From a virus (taxonomy: Duplodnaviria; Caudoviricetes), in IMG/VR virus record IMGVR_UViG_3300030102_005689, positions 1 to 58,657 of that record: a DNA stretch of 58,657 nt; one strand, given 5' to 3'. Positions 1 to 9,572 of the stretch are shown here, piece after piece. The notes under the pieces are model-generated. The model did not search any database and was not told where the DNA came from. It worked only from the letters and a program-made list of their open reading frames with translations. Numbering within the stretch: the stretch's first letter is position 1; each line of letters opens with the position of its first letter. Both the position numbers and the translations under genes were made by a program.

Positions 1-261
1 GGGCAAAGAATCTGATAGATGAGCGAGTGCAACGACAAATCCAACAGTCCTATCGACCCTAAGTTCCTTATTTCCCTGCTCGTAGGGTTGGCTGTGCAGG
101 CAGGTGGTATTGTTTGGTGGGCATCCAAGCTACAATCGGAAGTCCAGCACAACGATTTCCAAATCAAGATGATCGCTAAGGACGTGGCTAAGAACTCAGA
201 GTTCACCGAACTGTGGCCTGCTGGCAAGTGGGGGAGTGGCAGTCTCCCTAGTGATGTTCGT
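1..261. repeat. Terminal redundancy, left copy (matches 58397-58657)
   Basis: Identical for bases 1-98, then ~23 mismatches by manual count, all synonymous in ORF 19..348. Confidence 0.95.
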
Positions 262-348
262 CAGGATTTAAAGATATCCATGCTTGAATTAGATGTAGAG
301 AAAATAATGGAAAAGCTCTACAATGGCCATACACCCCCTAAAAACTAA
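19..348 (+). CDS. Hypothetical membrane-anchored protein
   Basis: N-terminal hydrophobic helix; only synonymous changes between the two terminal copies, which supports coding status. Confidence 0.9.
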   Translation: MSECNDKSNSPIDPKFLISLLVGLAVQAGGIVWWASKLQSEVQHNDFQIKMIAKDVAKNSEFTELWPAGKWGSGSLPSDVRQDLKISMLELDVEKIMEKLYNGHTPPKN

Positions 349-457
349 ATACCGCCCTATCGCTGTGTTTTTGTTGATAGGCAGTTTTGTATTTAGTAGT
401 ATTTTACTTTACCTAGCCGCCTCTGTTGTTTTAATACTAAGCTCATACCCTGACTAA
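323..457 (+). CDS. Small membrane peptide, 44 aa (not in ORF track)
   Basis: MAIHPLKTKYRPIAVFLLIGSFVFSSILLYLAASVVLILSSYPD; TAATG overlap with the next gene. Confidence 0.6.
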   Translation: MAIHPLKTKYRPIAVFLLIGSFVFSSILLYLAASVVLILSSYPD

Positions 458-684
458 TGCCTAACTACGATTACCGATGTCGCCTTTGTGGGAACACCTT
501 TGAAGTGTTTCAGTCCATGAATGACAAGAAGCTCAAGAAATGCCTTGATTCTGCCTGTGGTGGCGAGGTAGAGCGTCTTATAGGGACAGGTTCATCAATT
601 ATATTCAAAGGCTCTGGCTTCTATTCTACGGACTACAGAAGCCCTTCCTACAAACGGGATAAGGCCGCAGACCGCTCAAAATAA
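457..684 (+). CDS. FmdB-family zinc-ribbon protein
   Basis: MPxYDYxCxxCG...C..C followed by IIFKGSGFYSTDY signature. Confidence 0.9.
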   Translation: MPNYDYRCRLCGNTFEVFQSMNDKKLKKCLDSACGGEVERLIGTGSSIIFKGSGFYSTDYRSPSYKRDKAADRSK

Positions 685-743
685 CTCGTCGTTTGCGTTT
701 ACTGCAAAAGTTAGTTATTTTATCAGAATAACTTTCTGAAATT

Positions 744-1691
744 ATGTCGAGATCACTAGGTAGCCGTATTCGTAGAACACGCAAGCAGAGGGGCAAGAGC
801 GCACCCCCACTTAAAGTCAGTATGGGGGGCACAGCTAAACGGGGTAGGCAAGCCCCAGGCACACCCCGCACACCGAGACGTGCCGCTCCTTTATCTAAGG
901 CGGCACAGAAAAGTGCAGCAGATACAGCCCAACGCATGAATGAGATGGGGGCTATAAGGGCACAACAATCGGCTCGACCACAGCCCCAAGCCTCTAAGGC
1001 TCCGGCACCTATGGCGTCCCCCAAATCTACGGCTACAACAGCAGCAGATTTCGCTGATGTTGGTTATGGCACTTCCATGAAACCATCTACGGCTACGACT
1101 GCACAAGATTTAGCTGATGTTGGTTATGGCACTTCCATGAAACCATCTACAGCGACAACGGCAGACGATTTAGCTGATGTTGGTTATGGCACAGCTACAA
1201 AACCAGCCCCACAAGAGTCTGCTATGGGCACACTCCGCAGCCGTATTGCTGGTGCAGCAGTATCTCCGGTATCGGTTAAGCCTATTGAATCTGCGACACC
1301 GGACCCAGATATCCCCGTTCCCGATGTGTTTACGGACGTATCCCTTGCGGACATACCGGAAGGAGCCGCACTACCGGATATCCCAGTAACTCCACAGCCT
1401 GCGTTTAATACAGGGGAACAAAGGGAAGCCTTTCAAGGGGCACTTGATGCAACTGTAGACAGTCAACTGGAGATGCTTCAACGTGGCGCGGATATACAAG
1501 GTTTATATCCTGGCGATCCACTTTACCCTACTAAGGAGAGCGTGAGTGCTAATGTCCAAGCTCAGTTGGAAGCATTAGCTAATGACCCTGAAGCACAGAT
1601 GGAATTTTTAAGAAAAATGAATGAGCCAGATATTTTTGGTTCCTCTCTCCTTGAGCGTTCTCCCGAAGGAGGCTTACTGGGTGGTGGCTAA
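744..1691 (+). CDS. Hypothetical low-complexity protein with 20-aa tandem repeats
   Basis: 315-aa ORF with basic N-terminus, STATTAxDxADVGYGT x3, acidic C-terminus. Confidence 0.75.
   Translation: MSRSLGSRIRRTRKQRGKSAPPLKVSMGGTAKRGRQAPGTPRTPRRAAPLSKAAQKSAADTAQRMNEMGAIRAQQSARPQPQASKAPAPMASPKSTATTAADFADVGYGTSMKPSTATTAQDLADVGYGTSMKPSTATTADDLADVGYGTATKPAPQESAMGTLRSRIAGAAVSPVSVKPIESATPDPDIPVPDVFTDVSLADIPEGAALPDIPVTPQPAFNTGEQREAFQGALDATVDSQLEMLQRGADIQGLYPGDPLYPTKESVSANVQAQLEALANDPEAQMEFLRKMNEPDIFGSSLLERSPEGGLLGGG
1026..1205 (+). repeat. Three ~60-bp in-frame tandem repeats
   Basis: GCTGATGTTGGTTATGGCAC recurs with 60-nt period. Confidence 0.9.
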
Positions 1692-1700
1692 ATTAGTCCC

Positions 1701-1729
1701 TTGACCCCCCTTAAAATTCCGTTTATCTT
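1701..1729 (+). promoter_or_regulatory. Sigma70-like promoter upstream of the capsid leader
   Basis: TTGACC-17 nt-TATCTT just after the upstream stop codon. Confidence 0.55.
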
Positions 1730-1737
1730 TTTATACG

Positions 1738-1944
1738 TTACAGGAACTAGGTTGCTCTAGCCGTTCAATTTAGTTCAGGTTCCTGTAATAACATATCCAA
1801 GAAGCCTGTGTGGTTGCTCTAGCCCGCCCTAAGTAGTTCTAAGTAACAGGTTTCACACTGAACTAGGCTATTTCCCGCCTATGGGAGATGGCTTGCACCT
1901 AACTATTATTACACGGATCGCTACGCCTATACGGGAGCGGTCTG
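1738..1944 (+). ncRNA. Putative structured RNA or leader of the major capsid gene
   Basis: Two stems each enclosing GGTTGCTCTAGCC...TAGTTC, then two hairpins with GCCTAT at the apex; G-U pairs favour the + strand. Confidence 0.55.
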
Positions 1945-1972
1945 CACTAACCACTTAACCATATTTAATAAA

Positions 1973-3325
1973 ATGGCTGTTAATACATCATGGTCAAATG
2001 ACACCGCCGCGATTAATACCGTCCTCGCTGAAGAGGCAAACCGTATCGGGTCAGATGTCCACAAACGCATACTACACACTTCTCCTTGGATTGACTTAAT
2101 CAAAAAGAGGAGCTTCCCCGATGGAATGGGTTATCAACTCACTTCATTGGTTTATGATCGTTCAGTTCCAACTTACGATGACGAAGGAGCTAACTTAGCG
2201 ACTCACAACACTTGGAAGGCTCTTGGAGTTAATGGTGGTTCCAATGATTTCGGAACTTCTCAAGTTCAGGGTAACCAAGGCATCGCTGGTGCTATGGAGA
2301 CGCAGAATCGTTTCGCCGCTGGTGATTCTACAGGAGCTACTGACGGCATGGGTTTCATTTCCGTGAGCAAGGTTCTCCACACCTACTCACTGAAGAGGCT
2401 CTCCCTTGAGTCCCCTGTTATCTCCCTTGAAGACCTTAGATTTGCGGCTCACCGCACTGAGCAGCTTCGCGCTATTGTTGATCTTCTTTCCCAAGCCTCC
2501 AGGCATTCTTGGGAAGAGCGTTATCGCATGGAGTTTGATCGCCTTGCCGGAAACATTGTTCCTTGCTTGACTTCAGGGACCAAGATTTACGATACAATTG
2601 ATATTAGTGCTTCTACCAAGAAGTCAGGTACTAATACAGATGCTGTTGATTTCAATAATGACTTTGACTCTTCTGGTGTCGCTGCTGACAAGACACCGAC
2701 TGCAAACATCTCCAACGCAATCTTGGATAAGATTTACTATAACCTCGTCCGTAAGGGTGGTGGTGCAGATGCCTATGGCCGTGAAAATGGTCGTCCTGTA
2801 TTTGGTCTTGTTTGCTCTTCGGAGGCTTCTTACCAGCTTCAAACTGAGGCCGGTTTCCGTGACGATGTTCGTTACAACAAGTCTGCTGTTAGCGACCTAA
2901 TTGCACCTCTTGGAATTGAAAAGGCTTTCCGTGGTTTCTACCACTTGATTGACGACCTTGCTCCAAGGTTCAATTCTTCTGGTGATGTGGATCTTGACCT
3001 TGTGTCTCCTTATTCACAGTCTGCTGGTGTAACTACCATGAATTCTGCTTATGACACTGCTACCTTTGAGGCTGCATACGTCATCCACCCAGAAGTCTTT
3101 GAGTCCCTTATTCCTGCACCATTCAGTGCTGGAGCCGGTGTCGATTTCGACGCTGCTTCATTCGCGGGTGAATTCAAGTGGACCAACATCAAGAGTGTTG
3201 ATAAGAACCCTGACGGCCACAACGGCTTCTTCAGGGGTCTCCTTGCTTCTGCTTCCAAGCCGATCAAGACCGACTTCGGTTATGTGATCGTCTTCAAGCG
3301 GGACAGCACTACTCCTGCTGCTTAA
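1973..3325 (+). CDS. Major capsid protein
   Basis: 450 aa, T/C-ending codon bias, downstream of portal and scaffold on the circle, followed by a strong hairpin. Confidence 0.8.
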   Translation: MAVNTSWSNDTAAINTVLAEEANRIGSDVHKRILHTSPWIDLIKKRSFPDGMGYQLTSLVYDRSVPTYDDEGANLATHNTWKALGVNGGSNDFGTSQVQGNQGIAGAMETQNRFAAGDSTGATDGMGFISVSKVLHTYSLKRLSLESPVISLEDLRFAAHRTEQLRAIVDLLSQASRHSWEERYRMEFDRLAGNIVPCLTSGTKIYDTIDISASTKKSGTNTDAVDFNNDFDSSGVAADKTPTANISNAILDKIYYNLVRKGGGADAYGRENGRPVFGLVCSSEASYQLQTEAGFRDDVRYNKSAVSDLIAPLGIEKAFRGFYHLIDDLAPRFNSSGDVDLDLVSPYSQSAGVTTMNSAYDTATFEAAYVIHPEVFESLIPAPFSAGAGVDFDAASFAGEFKWTNIKSVDKNPDGHNGFFRGLLASASKPIKTDFGYVIVFKRDSTTPAA

Positions 3326-3331
3326 TCTAAA

Positions 3332-3360
3332 GCGGGGTTCCTCGTAAAGGGGAACCCCGC
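3332..3360 (+). terminator. Hairpin after the capsid gene
   Basis: GCGGGGTTCCTC-GTAAA-GGGGAACCCCGC; AT-rich tail but no clean U-run. Confidence 0.7.
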
Positions 3361-3387
3361 ATAATTTAATTCAACAAATATAAAATT

Positions 3388-4011
3388 ATGCCAACTTTAG
3401 ATGATATAACAATTCTTCAGACTAACTCCAAAGTAGCTATCAACGACCCAGTTGCGGTTGTTGATAAAAGCTCCTCTGGATCAAGCCGAGTTGAGCAGTT
3501 TCCTTTGGGCTTAATTGCTCAAGGATTTACTACTGCTTGGGTTATTAATTATGATAACCCTAACTTTACTGGGAATTCGGAAACTGCCGCTAGTACTATA
3601 GCTCAAACAATAGATTTACATACTTTTAGTTCTACTGAAAGACTTACGAAAGTAAGGGCTGTTGTGACTGAGCTATTTGCACCCGCTTCTGGTGAGACTA
3701 GTAATGGAATGACTATTGATGTAGGGGAATCGGGAGATACCGATAACTTTATTGATGGAATGGATGTTAGAACAGGAAGTGCAACTCTTTACTCTCAAGC
3801 AGATAACTCTGGCTCTGGTTTAAGTGGAACTATTGCATCTCCAGCGATAGACGATCCTGCTGATCAAGTGTTGAAGTTTACGTTAACTGTAGGTAGTTCC
3901 GATAATTCGGTTCACATTAATGATTTAAGTGCGGGGCAAATAGTAGTTTTAGCTGATTTATATGATCTTGCTGACTACAAAGATTGCGTCCCAAAATTAG
4001 GCACTCTATAA
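3388..4011 (+). CDS. Putative capsid decoration or minor virion protein
   Basis: Ser/Thr/Asp-rich beta-type 207-aa protein immediately after the capsid gene. Confidence 0.55.
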   Translation: MPTLDDITILQTNSKVAINDPVAVVDKSSSGSSRVEQFPLGLIAQGFTTAWVINYDNPNFTGNSETAASTIAQTIDLHTFSSTERLTKVRAVVTELFAPASGETSNGMTIDVGESGDTDNFIDGMDVRTGSATLYSQADNSGSGLSGTIASPAIDDPADQVLKFTLTVGSSDNSVHINDLSAGQIVVLADLYDLADYKDCVPKLGTL

Positions 4012-4033
4012 TCAGTAACAATCCATAATTCAC

Positions 4034-4083
4034 AAGAATCCCCGATCCTCTAACACTAGAGAGGGGATCGGGGTTCTTTATTT
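4034..4083 (+). terminator. Intrinsic terminator
   Basis: AAGAATCCCCGATCCTCT...GGGGATCGGGGTTCTT followed by TATTT. Confidence 0.75.
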
Positions 4084-4099
4084 ATAACCAATTGATACC

Positions 4100-4540
4100 A
4101 TGCCTAAAGATCCAAATACTGGAGAAAGACTACGGGACGAAGAAGGAAATATAATCCCTTACGAGGGGGAGACTATGGAAGAGGCTGAAGCTGATGCCCT
4201 TTCTACAGAGATGGATTTCCCTGCCAGGGTTGAGTCCTTAATGCTTGAGAAGTCGGGAGAAGAGATGCCTGTTGAGGCTTCTGAAGAAGAGCTACCGGCG
4301 GAAGAGGTTTCTGAGGAGCTTACTGAAGAGCAGGTTCAAGAAGCTGCTCAAGCTCTATACGCTCAAATGTATGGGGCAGATGCTCCAGTTGACCCGAATG
4401 TTGTCGCCATGATTGCTGCTGAGATTGCAGCTGACCCTTCTATCTTGGCTGATGGCAACATTGTTGCAGCTTTGGAGTTATTACCTAAATTAAGGTCAGA
4501 TGGAACACCTCCTAACGAGGACCAAATGATCCCTACTTAA
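4100..4540 (+). CDS. Hypothetical acidic protein
   Basis: 146-aa ORF in a tightly packed operon. Confidence 0.75.
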   Translation: MPKDPNTGERLRDEEGNIIPYEGETMEEAEADALSTEMDFPARVESLMLEKSGEEMPVEASEEELPAEEVSEELTEEQVQEAAQALYAQMYGADAPVDPNVVAMIAAEIAADPSILADGNIVAALELLPKLRSDGTPPNEDQMIPT

Positions 4541-4541
4541 A

Positions 4542-4901
4542 ATGAATAATCCATTACAGGGCGGACCCCCGCCAGTTGCCTCCAAGGGGGAGGAGCTTCA
4601 TGCGGAGCATTCTGATGCCTCGCAGGATTCTAGGATGTCAGCTACTGACCTCCGCGCCGTTCACGATAAGTCCTGCGAATTGGTCAAGATGATTGAGTCC
4701 GGCAATTTTGAAGAGAAACTTTCCAAGGGCTGGGTCCAGTCAAAGCTGACCCTGGCCAACGACTACTTAACCGCTATTCATGATTATATTGTCCACGACA
4801 AAGAAGCCACCGATTCTCATGGGCATGGGGATGACGGAGGAGAAGGTGGCAACATGAGTGGCGGTTTCCTTATTTCGATTGAGAAAAAACTAGGCAAGTA
4901 A
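4542..4901 (+). CDS. Hypothetical protein
   Basis: 119 aa, packed operon; WVQSKLTLANDY helix motif. Confidence 0.75.
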   Translation: MNNPLQGGPPPVASKGEELHAEHSDASQDSRMSATDLRAVHDKSCELVKMIESGNFEEKLSKGWVQSKLTLANDYLTAIHDYIVHDKEATDSHGHGDDGGEGGNMSGGFLISIEKKLGK

Positions 4902-4902
4902 A

Positions 4903-5439
4903 ATGGCACTTAGCGCATCCCAGTTAAAGCAAGTTGTATCAGCCCGTGTAACTGGCGTGGGTGCTACTTCAAACCACGTTATTGGCGGGACGAACACGAT
5001 AACCGATGACGTTGATATTGCTTTTGGTTTCACGATGAAGTGCGGTCATGCCGATAATAGTGTTATACTCAATTACAGGGATGCTTATTCTTCAAACAAA
5101 CCCACGTTGGAACACAGTAGTGGTGCTAATACCACTATAAATTGTGACCAAAAGATAGGTGCTTTTGAGAGTCAAGAGATCATAGAAGACCCAACTTTTA
5201 CTGATATTGCTGCAATAACCACGATAGTAGCTATTTACTTTGAAGCCCCTGCCAGTAACAATGGCACGATCAGTATCGCGGGAACTCCTAACGATATAGG
5301 TGATGTGGATTTCAGTGCGGCAGGGGGATCATTCCTACTAACTCCACGCTTTACCAACACCACCTCTACCAAGCACGTTATAGATTTTAATGCTATTGGA
5401 GACATTCTTAAAGTGATAGTCTTAGGTAAAGGAGCATAA
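4903..5439 (+). CDS. Putative virion structural protein
   Basis: 178 aa, beta-rich composition, structural module. Confidence 0.6.
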   Translation: MALSASQLKQVVSARVTGVGATSNHVIGGTNTITDDVDIAFGFTMKCGHADNSVILNYRDAYSSNKPTLEHSSGANTTINCDQKIGAFESQEIIEDPTFTDIAAITTIVAIYFEAPASNNGTISIAGTPNDIGDVDFSAAGGSFLLTPRFTNTTSTKHVIDFNAIGDILKVIVLGKGA

Positions 5440-5450
5440 CCCCAACACCC

Positions 5451-6983
5451 ATGCCAATATCCTCTAACAGACGGCAACGGGTAATTGAATTCGCAACCCC
5501 GAAGGTTGCTGATCTTGTCGTTGTTGAGCGCGTAGATGCCAGTAAGAATGTAAATTCGGCGGCAACCGCTGATGACAATGCTTACGGCACAGCACACCCT
5601 GATACTACTCGATTCCCCAACTTCAAGTTAGCCCTTATCAAGAACGGGGATAACGACCAAGGGCAATTTCAGGATTGGTATTATGTAAAAGACCGCGCCA
5701 ACCAAGATGACTATAATTGGGAGTTCCAAGCGGCTGGCGCAGGTAGCCCACGCTTTGATACCGTTGTCAGGACGTATGTTTTACCCAGAGCCGATGGAGG
5801 TGGAACGGGAGGGGTAACTCATTTTGATGAATCACTTCCTGCATTGGCTTCGGCAATGCCTACCACTACAAACGATCCGTTTGGTGACGGCATAGGGGAC
5901 GCTGATCCGAATACGGACTCTAGTTATATCTTGTTTGAAAAGAAGCAGGTTCGATCTGGTGACGAAACACTAGATACCCTGTTCGTTGTTGAGCAACGGG
6001 TTTACGTTAAGCGAGTCACTATTGTAAGTGTTGATTCGGATAAACAGTTTCCATATAGTGGATACAATGCATCTGGTGACCCTTACGGGGGTTTAATTTC
6101 TAAGGAGACGCTCTATTATAGAGATGAGGTTGTGTATGCGACAGTCGATTTCTCTGACTCTGAGGAGGATACTGCTGGGATACAAACTGGAGGATTCCGT
6201 ATTTTCTCCGTGCATAATTCAGATGCCGCCAAAAAGAAGGCTGAGTATATATTTACCGATAAGGATGCGGTTTACCAGTATAATCCAGATGGAGGTTCCT
6301 CCCCCTCCACATATAATTTTTGGGGTATTGATCCAAATGGTGTTATGCGTGAGGGCAAGCAGTTGTCCGATAACTGGTATGCATTATCCGAAAGACAAGT
6401 AATACGCAAAGACAGCGATGGGTTGGTAGCTGAATATTTCACAAACCAGAACATGAGTTGGCCTGCTGTGTTCAGTAATTTATACGCCACTGTCTGGAAC
6501 CGTAGGGACGGGGGCAAGCATACAAATGTTTACCCCGTGTATAAGCGCGAGGTATACAATGGCCCTACAAAAACCAAGGTGCAGATTTACTGGCAGAAAG
6601 CTCCTTTTTCAGAACCAGACACAGTTGACGATACGGATGTAACTACTTTATGTCTCCTAAAGCCCATGGAGCCTATGGAGATGGAGTTCGTAACACCAAA
6701 CTGGCGGGTAAAAACAAAGCCCAGTTTGCATGGCATTGTAACTGTAACATATACCAATGGCACTGAAGACCCTGTATGGGACTATGGTGGGTATAAGGCA
6801 ACGTGGAAGCCTACTAACTACACTGATTGGCCTGATGAGATTGTAATCTCTGATTCTCAGGAAGCCTTTAGGGGAGGCTACCTCCGCACGAAAGTCACGG
6901 CATATAAGCCGAACATAACCACTACTGATGATGCCGCCCGTCATAGCACTGACAAGACCAATCCCCCTGTATTAGAGGCCTAA
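5451..6983 (+). CDS. Putative tail or virion protein
   Basis: 510 aa in the structural module; aromatic/Asp/Thr-rich. Confidence 0.55.
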   Translation: MPISSNRRQRVIEFATPKVADLVVVERVDASKNVNSAATADDNAYGTAHPDTTRFPNFKLALIKNGDNDQGQFQDWYYVKDRANQDDYNWEFQAAGAGSPRFDTVVRTYVLPRADGGGTGGVTHFDESLPALASAMPTTTNDPFGDGIGDADPNTDSSYILFEKKQVRSGDETLDTLFVVEQRVYVKRVTIVSVDSDKQFPYSGYNASGDPYGGLISKETLYYRDEVVYATVDFSDSEEDTAGIQTGGFRIFSVHNSDAAKKKAEYIFTDKDAVYQYNPDGGSSPSTYNFWGIDPNGVMREGKQLSDNWYALSERQVIRKDSDGLVAEYFTNQNMSWPAVFSNLYATVWNRRDGGKHTNVYPVYKREVYNGPTKTKVQIYWQKAPFSEPDTVDDTDVTTLCLLKPMEPMEMEFVTPNWRVKTKPSLHGIVTVTYTNGTEDPVWDYGGYKATWKPTNYTDWPDEIVISDSQEAFRGGYLRTKVTAYKPNITTTDDAARHSTDKTNPPVLEA

Positions 6984-8203
6984 TGCCCGAAGAACCTAAA
7001 GATTTTCCTCAGAGCGGGGCAGATGGTTCCGGTCAAATTGGCAAGCAGGATTGGGAGTTACCCAATTCTGTATCCGCGCCCCCTGATGGTTTTTCCCCGA
7101 ACGTGGAGACTGCCTCCTATGGGGGATACGATGAATCCATAACGGATTACCACCCACCCGTTGAGCAGGCATCAGAAAGCCTCCACCCATTTAAGGTAAC
7201 ACGGTATACAAATGAAGATGACGAGGTAAAAGTTCGTGTGCGCCTTGGCAGGTTTTATTATTCAAGCTCAGTGATGACTGTAGCAAAGCTCCCCCCACAT
7301 GGGCCACATTATGGTGCATTCACTTTGGCACAAGGCGGTGACCCCGAACATAGCCACAACGTAACCATGGATGCTGGATCATCTCATTGGGCGGATATGA
7401 ATGGAGTGGATCAAGCTGGGATGGGTGGCACTGCCGCGGGTTTTTGGCCTATAAATGTAGGCACTAGGGACGGCGAAGGAGTGGAAACTGGGGGCAAAGC
7501 GGCAAATCCCTATTTTACTTTCACGGGGATGGGTGTTTCGGGCTATTTTGAGCAGAATGACACCCTTGGCAAAAGCATCCCTTATGCCTTTAGGTTACCC
7601 TTGGGGGTCGAACCAACCACATTCACTGGTCGGGTTAATGAAGCGATTTCGGACTATATTGAGTTTGATTCTATACCGGAGGCTTCTTCTGTGTGGTTCC
7701 GTTATGTCCTTGAGGATAACGGGACTTCAATTGATTTAGCCAATTATGAGGCTCAAGATGTGGTCTATGTTAAAGATGTAGTAACTTCAGGTATTCGCGC
7801 CCTCCCCACTAATCATGGCCCCCTTCAGCCATTGATTTTAGCTCCACTACATGACGGTAACAACACCGTCCCTGATCTAGTCCGTGGAAATCCTACTGGC
7901 TGGGAGACACTACCCCCCGGTATGACTACCTCCACCTTCGGTTCGCCTCCGCCCAATTTAGGTGAGGGGGACGAGGCAGGTGAAGCTCATTATCTTAAAA
8001 TGGGGTGCTACTATATAAGATTAGCCTCACTCCCACCAGAAGGTGATGAAGAAACTTATGGGGGAAAAGTCCAGCAGGTCATTCACGATAATATTTACCA
8101 CTCCACGTTTTGGCTTGCAAATAGTGGTGTAGTCCTATCACAGCATGATATTAATGGTAGAGGTTATGGTGCGGCGAACCGCGCTCCTGATCCTGACGCA
8201 TAA
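6983..8203 (+). CDS. Putative tail or virion protein
   Basis: 406 aa, TAATG-coupled to the previous gene. Confidence 0.55.
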   Translation: MPEEPKDFPQSGADGSGQIGKQDWELPNSVSAPPDGFSPNVETASYGGYDESITDYHPPVEQASESLHPFKVTRYTNEDDEVKVRVRLGRFYYSSSVMTVAKLPPHGPHYGAFTLAQGGDPEHSHNVTMDAGSSHWADMNGVDQAGMGGTAAGFWPINVGTRDGEGVETGGKAANPYFTFTGMGVSGYFEQNDTLGKSIPYAFRLPLGVEPTTFTGRVNEAISDYIEFDSIPEASSVWFRYVLEDNGTSIDLANYEAQDVVYVKDVVTSGIRALPTNHGPLQPLILAPLHDGNNTVPDLVRGNPTGWETLPPGMTTSTFGSPPPNLGEGDEAGEAHYLKMGCYYIRLASLPPEGDEETYGGKVQQVIHDNIYHSTFWLANSGVVLSQHDINGRGYGAANRAPDPDA

Positions 8204-8211
8204 CCCACCCC

Positions 8212-8239
8212 TTGAAATAACCCCGATTTCCCCTATATT
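8212..8239 (+). promoter_or_regulatory. Sigma70-like promoter, near-leaderless
   Basis: TTGAAA-16 nt-TATATT, ending 8 nt before ATG 8248. Confidence 0.45.
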
Positions 8240-8247
8240 AACGAGTC

Positions 8248-9228
8248 ATGCCAGCCAAGACAATTACGCAACTATATGATGAGGATTATCTCAGGGATTT
8301 CCTTGAGGCTCCTTATTCTGCTGCCAAGTTCCGTAACGCGCTGAACGAGATAATGCCCCGCATTTACAAGATGGGCTACTGGCGTGAAATGGTTTTAGAG
8401 CATACGCAGAGTGCATCTGACGGTTATGTTTCACTGCCCCACAACACTGACAGTATTGTAGGGGCTGTTATTGATAATAACGCAGTTCCGTCACACTCCC
8501 TTTGGCATGACTATAGGTTATTTGGGACAAATGACAGTGATGACAATATCCTGTCCGCCTTTATTGATGACGGATACGCCAGCACTTACAGGGATATATC
8601 CACGACAGCTGCTGACCAATACCAAATTCAGTTAAAGTCGATCTCGCCTGAGACTTATTTACCCAATGGGGGAACTATAAATGTAGCTGTTCGTTATTCC
8701 ACAGCCGCCTTACCCGATGGTTACCTAAAGGAGACTATGGTGCTGAACACAGGTTCTGCCACTACAAAAAATTCTACTGCTACAACAATAAACAAAATCC
8801 ATCAAATTGCGTACAACAATATCCCCGCTGAAAGCGGCGTTCAAATAATAGCAGTTCACCAGGCTCCGTCCCCTTTGACTAATGTCGTTTTGGGCGAACT
8901 CCCAGCGGGTTCTGGTGTTCTGCGTTATCGTCGTTTTAGGATAGGGGACACATCTTCCAATTCTTCCGCGCACATGCTACTCAAGCGTCGATGGGTTGAC
9001 GCAGTAGATAGTTCAGAAACAATCCATGTGCCTGACAGAGCCATTTTAAAACACGCCCTTTTGGGCAAACTTTCAGAAGACAACGCCGATGTACAACGTG
9101 CCCAATATCATTGGGGCATATGCAAACAGCTTTTGGAAACCGACATGGATTCCTACAGGGGTTCCACTAGGCCAAGAGTGCATATTGCGCCCGAAGGTGC
9201 CAGCAGTGGTATGTCAGGCATGTATTAA
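8248..9228 (+). CDS. Putative head-tail adaptor or tail tubular protein
   Basis: Helix-beta-helix layout (NALNEIMPRI...VSLP...AILKHALL) typical of adaptor proteins; position in module. Confidence 0.5.
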   Translation: MPAKTITQLYDEDYLRDFLEAPYSAAKFRNALNEIMPRIYKMGYWREMVLEHTQSASDGYVSLPHNTDSIVGAVIDNNAVPSHSLWHDYRLFGTNDSDDNILSAFIDDGYASTYRDISTTAADQYQIQLKSISPETYLPNGGTINVAVRYSTAALPDGYLKETMVLNTGSATTKNSTATTINKIHQIAYNNIPAESGVQIIAVHQAPSPLTNVVLGELPAGSGVLRYRRFRIGDTSSNSSAHMLLKRRWVDAVDSSETIHVPDRAILKHALLGKLSEDNADVQRAQYHWGICKQLLETDMDSYRGSTRPRVHIAPEGASSGMSGMY

Positions 9229-9251
9229 TTTCAAACAAACAATAATTAGCT

Positions 9252-9566
9252 ATGGCTACATCAAATATAGACAAACAATCCTTCGGAGAAGCGGGGGCAA
9301 CCATGTTAACAGGCACGGAGGGCGTAGCAAAAGACATATGCGCCATTCTTGTTATTGAGGACGCAATCTTCGATGGTCATGGTAGCGACACCAGTGATAA
9401 GTCCATATGGGATGAATTAACGGATTCAGCGACTAATGGAAAAAAACTTTTACGAAGTGATTCTGCCGCTGATGGTGTAACTGTCCCTGCGGGGATAACA
9501 ATTTATGGGCAATTCCGGTCGGTTAAGCTCCGCTCAGGCACAGTCCTCTGCTACCACGGCGCATAA
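9252..9566 (+). CDS. Small virion protein (putative)
   Basis: Ends in PAGITIYGQFRSVKLRSGTVLCY, a beta-rich motif seen in phage structural genes. Confidence 0.6.
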   Translation: MATSNIDKQSFGEAGATMLTGTEGVAKDICAILVIEDAIFDGHGSDTSDKSIWDELTDSATNGKKLLRSDSAADGVTVPAGITIYGQFRSVKLRSGTVLCYHGA

Positions 9567-9572
9567 AGAACC

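Noticed and set aside
1-261. Physical direct terminal repeat of the virion DNA
   Set aside because: Falls mid-operon and the copies are diverged; better explained by assembly circularisation across alleles
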